Below are positions 9,331 to 18,194 of a DNA stretch of 64,000 nt, piece after piece (positions within the stretch are counted from its first letter, which is position 1; every line of letters starts with the position of its first letter). The notes beneath the pieces are model-generated. The model had not been told where the DNA came from. It searched no databases and worked only from the letters and a program-made list of their open reading frames with translations. Source of the DNA: an uncultured delta proteobacterium (lineage in GTDB: Bacteria > Desulfobacterota > Binatia > Binatales > Binataceae); NCBI GenBank assembly GCA_963808235.1, contig CAWEEQ010000004.1:2240001-2304000 (forward strand), written 5' to 3'. A program made the position numbers and the translations under genes.

Positions 9331-10713
9331 TCACAGCAGAGGTTGCACGAGTCGGGCGGCGGTCTCGTGGATTCGTTCGAGTAGGCCACGGCGGTTCCAA
9401 TCGTCTAGTTCGATTTGCTTTGAGCTCTCGAGGTCGTTTCGGAACATCAGGTTCATATCCTCGCCGAAGGAATGGCTCAGGATGATCGCGTTGATTTCGT
9501 TATCGCGCGCGATACTCCACCAATCGAGATTCGAAGTGCCGACCGTTGACCATACGCCGTCGACGGTGGTGGTCTTGGCATGGAGCATCTCGCCTTGCCA
9601 CTCGTAGATTTTCACCCCGGCCTCGAGCAAGTCGCTGTAATGAGAGTGCTGCGCCGCGACTAGCATCGGTTCGTCGCTTTGACTCGGCAGCAGCAGGCGG
9701 ACGTCGACGCCGCGCCGCGCGGCATGCTCGAGCGCATGCAAGACCTGGCGGTCGGGCGCGAAGTAAGCATCGGTGACATAGACGTTGGTCTCGGAGCTGA
9801 CGACCGCAGAGATCCAAGTCACATAGATCAAGCTGAACTGTTCCGGCACGCTGTAGATCACCTTCACGATCTCATGGCCCTTGGGTTCGAGCGCTGGAAA
9901 ATAATTGCGCGGACTCAGCGGCGGACCCTTTTGATACTTCCATTCGGCGATGAAAGGTTTTTGGAACTCCGCCACCGCCGGACCTTCGACCTCGATGTCG
10001 GTGTCGCGCCAATATTCCGTCGGACCTTTATTCTCGCTGCTGCTGCTGAGTCCGCTTCCGTAGACCTCGTCTATGTTGATGCCGCCGGTAAACGCGACGC
10101 GGCCATCAATGACCAGCTCTTTACGATGGTTGCGATGGGCGAAGGTCCAAGGAAACTTCGCGGCGAACGGGTTCACCGGCCTGTATTCGAGCACTGCGAC
10201 GCCGCTATCCCGCATTCGATCGAAAAAACTTTTCGACGTGCCGAGTGAACCGAGGCTGTCGTACTCGAGATTCACCTGGACTCCGTGACGCTGCCGCTCG
10301 ATCAGCGCGTCCGCAAACATCTGACCCACGGGGCCGTCGGTAAAGGTGAAGGTTTGCATATTGATGCTGTCGGTGGCGCCGCGAATCGCCGCCAGCATCG
10401 CTCGATAAGTCGCGGCGCCGTTTTCCAGCAGCGTGACTTTGTTGCCGACCACGAAGGGCACATCGCTCATCGCCTGCTCGAAGGCGAGATGGCGATCGAG
10501 AATGTCGCTCGGAGTCCGCTGATGCTCCTTCAGACGGGCGACGACTCGCTCCTCCTGTTCATCGGTCAATTCACCATCAGGCCCGACAATGTCCGGGGGG
10601 TAGGCATGGAATTCCTTCTCATGCAGGAGCGCGTGCATGTCCGGGATAGTGCCGCATCCGCTCGACGCGGAGAGTAAAACGAGGAGCAGGAGGATTGCGC
10701 GCGCGATGGTCAT
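9331..10713 (-). CDS. cls: cardiolipin synthase / phospholipase D family
   Basis: two HKD motifs: HRKELVID and HAKTTTVD. Confidence 0.88.
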   Translation of the reverse strand: MTIARAILLLLVLLSASSGCGTIPDMHALLHEKEFHAYPPDIVGPDGELTDEQEERVVARLKEHQRTPSDILDRHLAFEQAMSDVPFVVGNKVTLLENGAATYRAMLAAIRGATDSINMQTFTFTDGPVGQMFADALIERQRHGVQVNLEYDSLGSLGTSKSFFDRMRDSGVAVLEYRPVNPFAAKFPWTFAHRNHRKELVIDGRVAFTGGINIDEVYGSGLSSSSENKGPTEYWRDTDIEVEGPAVAEFQKPFIAEWKYQKGPPLSPRNYFPALEPKGHEIVKVIYSVPEQFSLIYVTWISAVVSSETNVYVTDAYFAPDRQVLHALEHAARRGVDVRLLLPSQSDEPMLVAAQHSHYSDLLEAGVKIYEWQGEMLHAKTTTVDGVWSTVGTSNLDWWSIARDNEINAIILSHSFGEDMNLMFRNDLESSKQIELDDWNRRGLLERIHETAARLVQPLL

Positions 10714-10874
10714 CGGGCCTGGGATTCGGCGGTGATAGCGAGAGCGATTCTCACCATCATCACTATAACAGGGTCAGCCAGCCTGACACCCGGAGGGCAC
10801 CGGCGCACGAAACCTCTGATCAAATAGCCCCGCTTGTTTCGTGAATGTAAGGTATCGAAAAAGATCTCAAGCGA

Positions 10875-12422
10875 TCATAGTCGCGCCGGGAGGAGGTCGC
10901 GGGCGTCGAGATAGGATGCGAGCGCAGTGGCGTTGGCATCGGGATCTACCAGGCCGATATAGCCGTCGGGGCGGATCAAGTAGACCGCGTTGCGAGTGAG
11001 GCCGGCGCGGGTCATCTCGGAACGCCAGGGGAAGACGTGGATCGGCAATTTTCGCGCGTCGCAGGCGGCGCGGACCTCGGGTGCGGCGTCGCCGTAGACG
11101 TGTACCTGCCAGTCGAGCGAGCTCAGCGGCGCGAAGTTGCCGGCGCTCGTGTCGAGCATCACCCAAGGCAGGCGGTCGCCGCCGTGAACGGTGCCGGCGC
11201 GGCCTTCGCTCAAGCTGCTTCCACGGTAGTTCACCGAGGTCTGTGAGATCGTGCGAAACATCAGGCGGCGCATCGTGGTGAACTTCAACAAGGGCGGGAG
11301 CAGGAGCGGAATGAGACGCATACGGACTAGCTTTGCGATCGCAGTGGGACTGGTCGCGCCGGTGAAAAGGCGATCGGTAGTCGCGACCAGGCGGCGGGCG
11401 AACGCGATTCGTTCGGGCTCGTAGCTCGCGAGGATCGACGCGCTCGCGCGGCCGTGCAAAACCGCGGCGAGCTTCCAGGCAAGATTGATGGCGTCGCCGA
11501 TGCCGGTGTTCATCCCTTGTCCGCCGACTGGGCTGTGGATGTGCGCGGCGTCGCCGACTAAGAACGCGCGGCCGATTCGGAACTGATTGGCGACTCGATG
11601 GTGCACGCGATAGGTCGAGAACCAGTTCACGCGCGCGACGTTGATTTGCATCCAGGCGATCGCGCGCTGGCTTACATCGTTCCACGAGAGGTCGGCACTC
11701 TGGCGTTCGGCATCCTCGCGCACTGTGCCGACGAAGCGCGCGTGCCCGTCGCGTTTCAGCGGGAACAGAGCGAGGAAATCGGTCGGATCGAATCCGACGT
11801 GAATCTCGCCGTTCATGGTGGGGCCGCTGCCTTCGATGTCGGCGACGTAGAAGAGATGATGATAGGCGCCGCCTGGGAAGCCGATCTTGAGCGACTCACG
11901 CACGATCGAATGCGCGCCGTCGCATCCCGCAACGTAGGCAGCCGCGCACGTCTCAGTTGATCCGTCGGAGCGCTTCAAATGCAGGAGAATGTCATCCGAC
12001 GATTCCTGGAAGTCGAGAAGCTCGGTCTGGCGCTCGACCTCGACGCCGGTCGCGGTTAGGCGATCGATAAGCAGGCGCTCGTGCTCGTCCTGTGGAAAGA
12101 TCAGCGCGTAGGGAAACGGGCTCAAGTCAGTACCGAAAGCGCCAAAGGCTCCGTGCGCTTTCTTCTGGCCGGACACCCAGAGATTTACCGCTTCGACTTT
12201 TCGCCCGTTGTCGACAACTGCGTCGGCGAGGCCGGTCTGGAGATATAGCTCGAGGGTGCGCGCCTGCACCGCGAGCGCGCGCGACGTCGTGCCCGGCTCG
12301 GCGGTTTTGTCGACGATCCGCACCCGGACGCCCATCCGCACAAGCCATAGGGCAAGCACCAGGCCGGTCGGTCCCGCGCCGACGATTAGTACGTCAGTAC
12401 CGCGATTCGACGATGTACTCAT
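10875..12422 (-). CDS. FAD-dependent monooxygenase (PheA/TfdB-like)
   Basis: GAGPTG, GCDGAHS, GDAAHIHSPVGGQGMNTG motifs. Confidence 0.93.
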   Translation of the reverse strand: MSTSSNRGTDVLIVGAGPTGLVLALWLVRMGVRVRIVDKTAEPGTTSRALAVQARTLELYLQTGLADAVVDNGRKVEAVNLWVSGQKKAHGAFGAFGTDLSPFPYALIFPQDEHERLLIDRLTATGVEVERQTELLDFQESSDDILLHLKRSDGSTETCAAAYVAGCDGAHSIVRESLKIGFPGGAYHHLFYVADIEGSGPTMNGEIHVGFDPTDFLALFPLKRDGHARFVGTVREDAERQSADLSWNDVSQRAIAWMQINVARVNWFSTYRVHHRVANQFRIGRAFLVGDAAHIHSPVGGQGMNTGIGDAINLAWKLAAVLHGRASASILASYEPERIAFARRLVATTDRLFTGATSPTAIAKLVRMRLIPLLLPPLLKFTTMRRLMFRTISQTSVNYRGSSLSEGRAGTVHGGDRLPWVMLDTSAGNFAPLSSLDWQVHVYGDAAPEVRAACDARKLPIHVFPWRSEMTRAGLTRNAVYLIRPDGYIGLVDPDANATALASYLDARDLLPARL

Positions 12423-12685
12423 TGTCTAAAACAGTTTTCGAATCCGCGACCGATGCTGAAATAGACTAAAGCTACATAAGGTAAAACTACGCATCACCCG
12501 AAACTACACATCATTGTGAGTTAGTATATCAAAAGGCGCCGATGGCGAAGGTTTCGCTGTCCTGAATGTGTTGCAATTTGCCGAGCATATGTGCGAATTT
12601 GCAGGTTCAAACTGGGTAGGCAACTTGGGGTTCTTTCCCGGCGCAGAGTAAACGGTCGGAAAGCCTCAGCAGAACCGGAGGACTT

Positions 12686-13234
12686 ATGAATTCAAGAATA
12701 CGTGGAATGGTAATCACACTAGCGTTGGCGGTGGCTCTGGCGGCGGTTGCGCCGTCGGCACGCGCCCAGAATGGAGCGCCTGCGCCTGCGCCGGCAGCGA
12801 GCGCCGGCGGCGCTGCGGTTCGCGCCGGATACCTTACCTGTCACGTTTCGGCCGGATGGGGTTTCATTTTCGGATCGTCACGCAAGCTGAATTGCGCATA
12901 CGCTCTGCAGCCGGGTTACACTGAGTATTACACGGGGTCGATCACCAAGTTCGGCGCCGACATTGGCTATCTGTCGTCGGGCGTAATCCTGTGGGCGGTG
13001 CTCGCTCCGACCACGAACCTCGGCCAGGGTGCTCTTTCGGGCCACTACGGCGGGGCAACCGCAAGCGCCGCAGTGGGAGTTGGCGCTGGTGCGAACGTTC
13101 TGGTTGGTGGATTCAACAGTTCGATCGCGCTGCAGCCGGTTTCGATCGAAGGGCAGAACGGACTGAACGTAGCGGCAGGCGTTGCCGAGATGACTTTGAA
13201 ATTCAACTCGAACAAGCCGGCCAAGAGCAGCTAG
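12686..13234 (+). CDS. DUF992-like secreted protein
   Basis: signal peptide; GYLTCHV..GWGFIFGSS..LNC and IALQPVSIEGQNGLNVAAG pattern; GGAGG RBS. Confidence 0.75.
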   Translation: MNSRIRGMVITLALAVALAAVAPSARAQNGAPAPAPAASAGGAAVRAGYLTCHVSAGWGFIFGSSRKLNCAYALQPGYTEYYTGSITKFGADIGYLSSGVILWAVLAPTTNLGQGALSGHYGGATASAAVGVGAGANVLVGGFNSSIALQPVSIEGQNGLNVAAGVAEMTLKFNSNKPAKSS

Positions 13235-13287
13235 GAGCAAACACTAGGGTTCCCCTTCGGGAACCGACTTATCCTGTGTGTAGTCAG

Positions 13288-13323
13288 ACGGGAGCGGCAT
13301 GACAGCCGCTCCCGTTTCTTTTT
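13288..13323 (+). terminator. rho-independent terminator
   Basis: ACGGGAGCGGC-atgaca-GCCGCTCCCGT hairpin followed by T-rich tract, between convergent genes. Confidence 0.8.
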
Positions 13324-13344
13324 GTGCGAGCGGCGCCGCCGGGG

Positions 13345-14679
13345 TCAGTCGGCCGCGACCGGGGAGAGTTCTTCGAGCCGCATGCCGCGCGTCTCCGGCG
13401 CGTATCGCCAGACCAGCAGCGCGCCGAGGACCGGACCTATCGATACAACGGCAACTGCGTTGCCGAGACCGCCGAGCGACTTCGACATCGCACCGATGAT
13501 GAATGGCGTCAGCAGCGAGGCAATCTGCCCGAACAGCTGCACGGTCAGGCTGTATGAAGTTGCGCGGATTTCGGTCGGGAACAGCTCGGCGGAATAGGTC
13601 GCAGTCGCGCTTCGCGCGGCCTGAAACGCCGAGACTGTTACCACCATCGCGGCCAGCATCGCGCCATGACTCGAGCTCTGGAACAGAACAAGGATCGCGA
13701 CCGCGCCGACGACATAGCAAAGTGCGGTCGTCAGTTTTCGTCCGACCCGATCGAGCATCCATCCTGCAAAAACAATTCCGAAACTTCCGAGCACGTAGGC
13801 GAGCACGACCGCATGACCGATTTGCGCCGAGGTCCAATGATGGTCGCGCTTGGCGTAGAGGCTGAAAAAGGTCACCGCCGGCGAACCGACCAGTCCCACG
13901 CAATTCCATAGCAGCGCCACCAGCAGCAGCCGTCCGCGATATGGGCCGCGAAACGGCTCGAAGGCGTTGCGCAAGGCCGCGACCGCGCCCATAGTGCTCT
14001 CGCGCCCGCTCGTACCCAGGCGCCGGAACGCTTCGAACCGCAGTGTCTCGCGAATACCGCGGCGCAAGAAGGCGACCAGTAGCAGGGGCAGAATCCCGAT
14101 GAAGTACATCCCGCGCCAGCCGAATCGCGAATCCGCGACGTATCCGTAAAGAAATCCTCCGGCGACCACGCCAAGCAGACCGACCGCATGCAGCATCGCG
14201 ACGCCGCGTCCGCGTGAATTGTCGGGGAACTCTTCGCTGATCATGATTATCGCGACCGCAAATTCCGCCGACAGGAAAATCTGCGCGCAGCTTTGAAAAA
14301 TAGTGAAGCTCCAGAGGCCGCGGGAGAGCGCGGTGAATAATGTGAACAGCGTGTAGAAAAGAACCGTCGCGGAAATCACCGGCTTGCGTCCGACTCGATC
14401 GGAAAGCATCACGACAAAAAACGCGAGCATCCCGCCAAAGCGCACCACCGAGGCCATCAGGCCAACGGAGCGATCGTCAAGATGGAAGCTGCGCGCGATG
14501 TCGGGGGTGCAGAGATGGAAGATCGTGACGTCGTAACCCTCGAAGACCGTCGCCGACATCAGCAGCGCGAAGAGCACCCACAGGTATCGCCCGTCGCGGA
14601 CCATTGCGAGTGGCGATGCGGCGCTGCCGATATTCGCGGCTATAGCAGAGGCGCCTTCTGGTTCGGTTGGCGTTGGCAT
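13345..14679 (-). CDS. MFS transporter
   Basis: SDRVGRK and LDRVGRK MFS motifs, AELFPTEIRAT, PETRG; 12-TM pattern. Confidence 0.93.
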   Translation of the reverse strand: MPTPTEPEGASAIAANIGSAASPLAMVRDGRYLWVLFALLMSATVFEGYDVTIFHLCTPDIARSFHLDDRSVGLMASVVRFGGMLAFFVVMLSDRVGRKPVISATVLFYTLFTLFTALSRGLWSFTIFQSCAQIFLSAEFAVAIIMISEEFPDNSRGRGVAMLHAVGLLGVVAGGFLYGYVADSRFGWRGMYFIGILPLLLVAFLRRGIRETLRFEAFRRLGTSGRESTMGAVAALRNAFEPFRGPYRGRLLLVALLWNCVGLVGSPAVTFFSLYAKRDHHWTSAQIGHAVVLAYVLGSFGIVFAGWMLDRVGRKLTTALCYVVGAVAILVLFQSSSHGAMLAAMVVTVSAFQAARSATATYSAELFPTEIRATSYSLTVQLFGQIASLLTPFIIGAMSKSLGGLGNAVAVVSIGPVLGALLVWRYAPETRGMRLEELSPVAAD

Positions 14680-14716
14680 CCGCGGTGCTCCCCGTGATAT
14701 CGGCGCGATCTTCAAT

Positions 14717-14772
14717 TGCCGGGGGCGAGACTCGAACCCGCACGGAACTTTCGCTCCAGAGGATTTTAAGTC
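14717..14772 (-). repeat. displaced 3' half of tRNA-Leu(UAA) (att-like copy 2)
   Basis: 56 bp from the anticodon stem-loop (GACTTAAAATCC) to the discriminator, nearly identical to 40375-40430; no 5' half or CCA. Confidence 0.92.
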
Positions 14773-15031
14773 GTTTAATTATAACGAAAAACTTTCTTTT
14801 GTTTATTGATTTTATTTCAAACAGATGTAAGAAAGTTTCAGTGTAAGTATTGAAGAAATCTGAACAATATCAGGCATCTTCAGCTCTGGCGTTCTAAAGG
14901 GCCAGGCACTCCACCGCACTTCGGCGTGAACTGACGCGCCGCTCGCAGAGTTCGAGAAGGTGGCTGGGCGGCGCTATCCCGTATTCCGCATCGTCCCGCA
15001 ATGACGCCGGCAACCGCGGTTAAAGTGTCGT

Positions 15032-15457
15032 CTATCGCATCACCGTTCGACGATCCTGGATCGTGTTGAGGTACGCGATTATTTTGCCGATCACTTCGCC
15101 GATCCCGTACTCTCCCCGTTCACCCTGACCTAGCTCGTAAAGCTTCTCTCCCCAAACCGGCATCTCGTGACTCCCATGCGCCCGCGCCGTATCGCGACCG
15201 TCGATCAGCTCGGCGATTCGATGCGCCGGCAGCGGCATCCCGTATTTGTCGCCGAGCTTGCGCAGATTTGCCGGCGGCGTGGCCAGGCTCTTCGCCACCG
15301 GACCGTCGCCGAGAGCGTCCGTGCCATGGCATGACGCGCAATAGCGGACGAAATAGCGATGCCCGTCGGCCACATCATCGCCGGCGGACAGCGCAGGCTG
15401 CGCGACGCTCAGCGCGGCGCCCAGAGCAAAGATCAATCCGAACACTTTCAGTTTCAT
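15032..15457 (-). CDS. mono-heme cytochrome c (class I)
   Basis: signal peptide, CASCH, EMPVWG distal Met. Confidence 0.9.
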   Translation of the reverse strand: MKLKVFGLIFALGAALSVAQPALSAGDDVADGHRYFVRYCASCHGTDALGDGPVAKSLATPPANLRKLGDKYGMPLPAHRIAELIDGRDTARAHGSHEMPVWGEKLYELGQGERGEYGIGEVIGKIIAYLNTIQDRRTVMR

Positions 15458-15481
15458 GGCTTCACCATGGCTTTGAAATTC

Positions 15482-16426
15482 TCAATGCGCAACCGGCGTT
15501 GCGCTCGCGGTCGGTGTAGTTATCGCAGTCGGCGACGGTTGCATCGCCGCAGCTGCCACTTCAGGATCCGGGATGTATTCGGGCGGATACGCAAGCCGCC
15601 GCCAGCTCATCAACAGAAGCGTCAGCGCTCGCGATTGCTCCGGCTCGAAGTTGTAATCGGGCATCTGCGTGGAGGGCGAAACCGCACTCGCCTTCGTCAG
15701 ATGCTGCACGTTCCAGTTGAACATCGTGTGCCCGCCGCTCACGTGCGCGAAATTCAGCAGTTCGGGATTCCGGTCGCCTTCGTAAGTCAGCTCGGGTCCG
15801 GTAGCGCCGCCGCGCCCTTCGACCACATGGCATAGCAGACACTTTTTCTTCTTGAACAACACCTTGGCGAGATTGATCTCGTCCATCCCCGGTGTGGCCG
15901 CATCATGGCGATGACAAAAATTGCATCGCATCTGGATCATCTCGCCCATCGTGAGCCCGTTTCGTCTTGCCAGCGCGCGCGAGAGCATCGGATCGTCCCA
16001 TCCCTGCCCACCTTGATGAGCGCCCCCGACTGTCGTCGCCGCTCCGTCGCCGCCGTGACACGGCGTGCATCCGAACTTCGCGAACTCATGCTTCGCGATC
16101 CAGTCGTTCATCGGATGTGGCTTCAGCGGCTCGACGATCGTGGCGGGAAGCACCGAAGACCATTCGTAGCCGAGATGGCACGTGATGCACCGATCGGTCA
16201 CCCCAATTTTAGGAATCCAGATTTGCTGAATCCCCGGCCGGAAGTCTCGCGCCGCCTCGCCCTTGCCGTAGTGCCCGAGCAGTTGCGGAAACTTCTGCTG
16301 ATAGATTCCGAATTCGGTGCTGTACTCGAGCCAGAAGCAGACCGCGACCAGCGCCAGGAACAGGATGGACATCGCGACCATCCAGCCGAAGTCCTTCGCT
16401 TCGAACGAGTCGCTATTCTCCGCCAT
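15482..16426 (-). CDS. membrane-anchored tetraheme cytochrome c
   Basis: N-terminal TM helix; CITCH, CTPCH, CNFCH, CLLCH. Confidence 0.9.
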   Translation of the reverse strand: MAENSDSFEAKDFGWMVAMSILFLALVAVCFWLEYSTEFGIYQQKFPQLLGHYGKGEAARDFRPGIQQIWIPKIGVTDRCITCHLGYEWSSVLPATIVEPLKPHPMNDWIAKHEFAKFGCTPCHGGDGAATTVGGAHQGGQGWDDPMLSRALARRNGLTMGEMIQMRCNFCHRHDAATPGMDEINLAKVLFKKKKCLLCHVVEGRGGATGPELTYEGDRNPELLNFAHVSGGHTMFNWNVQHLTKASAVSPSTQMPDYNFEPEQSRALTLLLMSWRRLAYPPEYIPDPEVAAAAMQPSPTAITTPTASATPVAH

Positions 16427-16427
16427 T

Positions 16428-17729
16428 TCAGTAAAGCCGCGGAGTCTCGGGGCGCGGCTGGCCGGGCCAATAGATCCTCCAATAGGGACCGCGCAAGTAA
16501 ACGCCAAGTATGATCAGCATGATGATCGCGAGCGTCGCGACGGCGAAGGTTGCGTTCTGCCGCTTGCGCTCGGGCGCGAGCCATCGCCCTTCGGCCCTCG
16601 GCGGCGAGCGATCGAGCCACGGCCACAGCGTCAGCACGCCGAGCAGGAATCCGGGCAGCAGTATTCCGCCCAGCAACGCGCCGCTGATCGTATAGCCGCC
16701 GAAGCGAACCGTGGTTGAAGCGACCAGCTCCTGTAGCCAGACGAAATACCACGGCGCCTTCGCCGGATTCGGAGTGACGGAAGGATTGGCGAGACCCTCG
16801 AGCGGCGCGTTGAAGAGGATCGCGGCCAGCAGCGTGATGTTGAACACGACCAGGAATACCAGCACGATTCGCCGCAACATGTTCGGCGACGAGAAAACCT
16901 GGTCGGACTCTTCGAGTCCGGTCGAGCTCATCACCTGTACCGAGGTGCCCGGCGTAATTCCAAACAGTGAGTAACTCTTGGTCTTCGGAGTCGCCTTCGG
17001 GATCATTACCCGGTCATTGCGGACCCGCTCGATCGCTGCAAGGCCGCCGTCCTTGCGTACGCGCCACATATGATAGGCGAACAGCACCCACACGAAGACC
17101 GGCAGGAAAAAAACGTGCAGCACGTAAAATCGCAGCAAGGTCTGCTGTCCGATTTCATGGCCGCCAAGCAGAATGAACTGAATCGTCGGTCCCACGACCG
17201 GCGCCTGCTTCGCGATGCTGGTGCCGACCGTGATTGCCCAGAACGCGAGCTGATCCCACGGCAGCAGATAGCCGGTGAACGACAGGAACAACGTCGCGAG
17301 AAAGAGCACGACTCCGACGACCCAGTTGATCGCGCGAGTGCCGCGGTAAGCGCCGGTGAAGAACACTCGCGCCATGTGGATATAGACGACCGCGACCATA
17401 CCCTCCGCGGCCCATCGATGCTGGTTTCTGAGCAGGCGGCCGAAGCTGACGGCGTATTGCAGGTCCTTGATGCTCCCGTACGCACGCTCGGTCGACGGCA
17501 CGTAGAAGAACATCAGCATCACGCCCGTGACGGTCAGGATGAGCAGCAGCGATGCCGACGCGGTGCCGAGCCAGAACGAGTAGTTCCAATCCATGCTCGC
17601 GCGCGCGACTTTGGCCGGGAACCAGTGGAGCCAGAAGTTCTTGACGATAGCTTCGGACGATTCGCGCTCGCTCTCAGGCGACCATGCCCACGAAGTTTTG
17701 CGCCACAGCGCTTTGATCTTGTCGCCCAC
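16428..17729 (-). CDS. cytochrome b of a Rieske/cytochrome b complex (b6 + subunit IV fused)
   Basis: RNQHRW...YIH and VLHV...AYH heme-b His pairs, GYLLPWDQ, PNPAKAPWYF Qo-site loop. Confidence 0.93.
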   Translation of the reverse strand: MGDKIKALWRKTSWAWSPESERESSEAIVKNFWLHWFPAKVARASMDWNYSFWLGTASASLLLILTVTGVMLMFFYVPSTERAYGSIKDLQYAVSFGRLLRNQHRWAAEGMVAVVYIHMARVFFTGAYRGTRAINWVVGVVLFLATLFLSFTGYLLPWDQLAFWAITVGTSIAKQAPVVGPTIQFILLGGHEIGQQTLLRFYVLHVFFLPVFVWVLFAYHMWRVRKDGGLAAIERVRNDRVMIPKATPKTKSYSLFGITPGTSVQVMSSTGLEESDQVFSSPNMLRRIVLVFLVVFNITLLAAILFNAPLEGLANPSVTPNPAKAPWYFVWLQELVASTTVRFGGYTISGALLGGILLPGFLLGVLTLWPWLDRSPPRAEGRWLAPERKRQNATFAVATLAIIMLIILGVYLRGPYWRIYWPGQPRPETPRLY

Positions 17730-17732
17730 CGC

Positions 17733-18194
17733 TCAAGCCTTGCCTTTTGCGCCGACAATCAGACGGAAGTCGCGCGCGACGTCCTTTGCGCTATCGACTT
17801 CGAGGAAGCCGTCGGGCGAAACTGACGTGGCAAACCAATCGAGCGGACTGGGCGCAGGTCCCGAGATAACGGTGCCGTCGGGACTAAAGCGGCTGCCGTG
17901 GCATGGGCAGTCGAACTCGGTGTCGCGCCACTGCACGTTGCATCCGAGATGCGTGCAGATGGCGGAGATCACGTGGAACGCGTCCTTCTGACGAATCACG
18001 AACAGGCGATGCGCCTGGTCGAGCGTGTAGCCGTCGGGATAGTCGTCGGGGCGCTTGAGCTTGAAGCGGCTCGGCGGTTCGTAGAGCACGTTCGGGAAGA
18101 ATGCCCTGCCTGCTGCGCCGATCTGTGCGACGAAGGCGGCCAACACGGAGCCCTTGCCGATGAAGCGCAGAATCTTTCGCCGATCGCCGTCCAT
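17733..18194 (-). CDS. Rieske [2Fe-2S] protein
   Basis: Tat-like DRRKIL plus TM segment; CTHLGC and CPCHGS; ATG overlaps the upstream stop. Confidence 0.93.
   Translation of the reverse strand: MDGDRRKILRFIGKGSVLAAFVAQIGAAGRAFFPNVLYEPPSRFKLKRPDDYPDGYTLDQAHRLFVIRQKDAFHVISAICTHLGCNVQWRDTEFDCPCHGSRFSPDGTVISGPAPSPLDWFATSVSPDGFLEVDSAKDVARDFRLIVGAKGKA

Noticed and set aside
14717-14772. Fragments at 14717 and 23935 as functional or split tRNA genes
   Set aside because: No D-arm, 5' acceptor strand or CCA; better explained as att duplications
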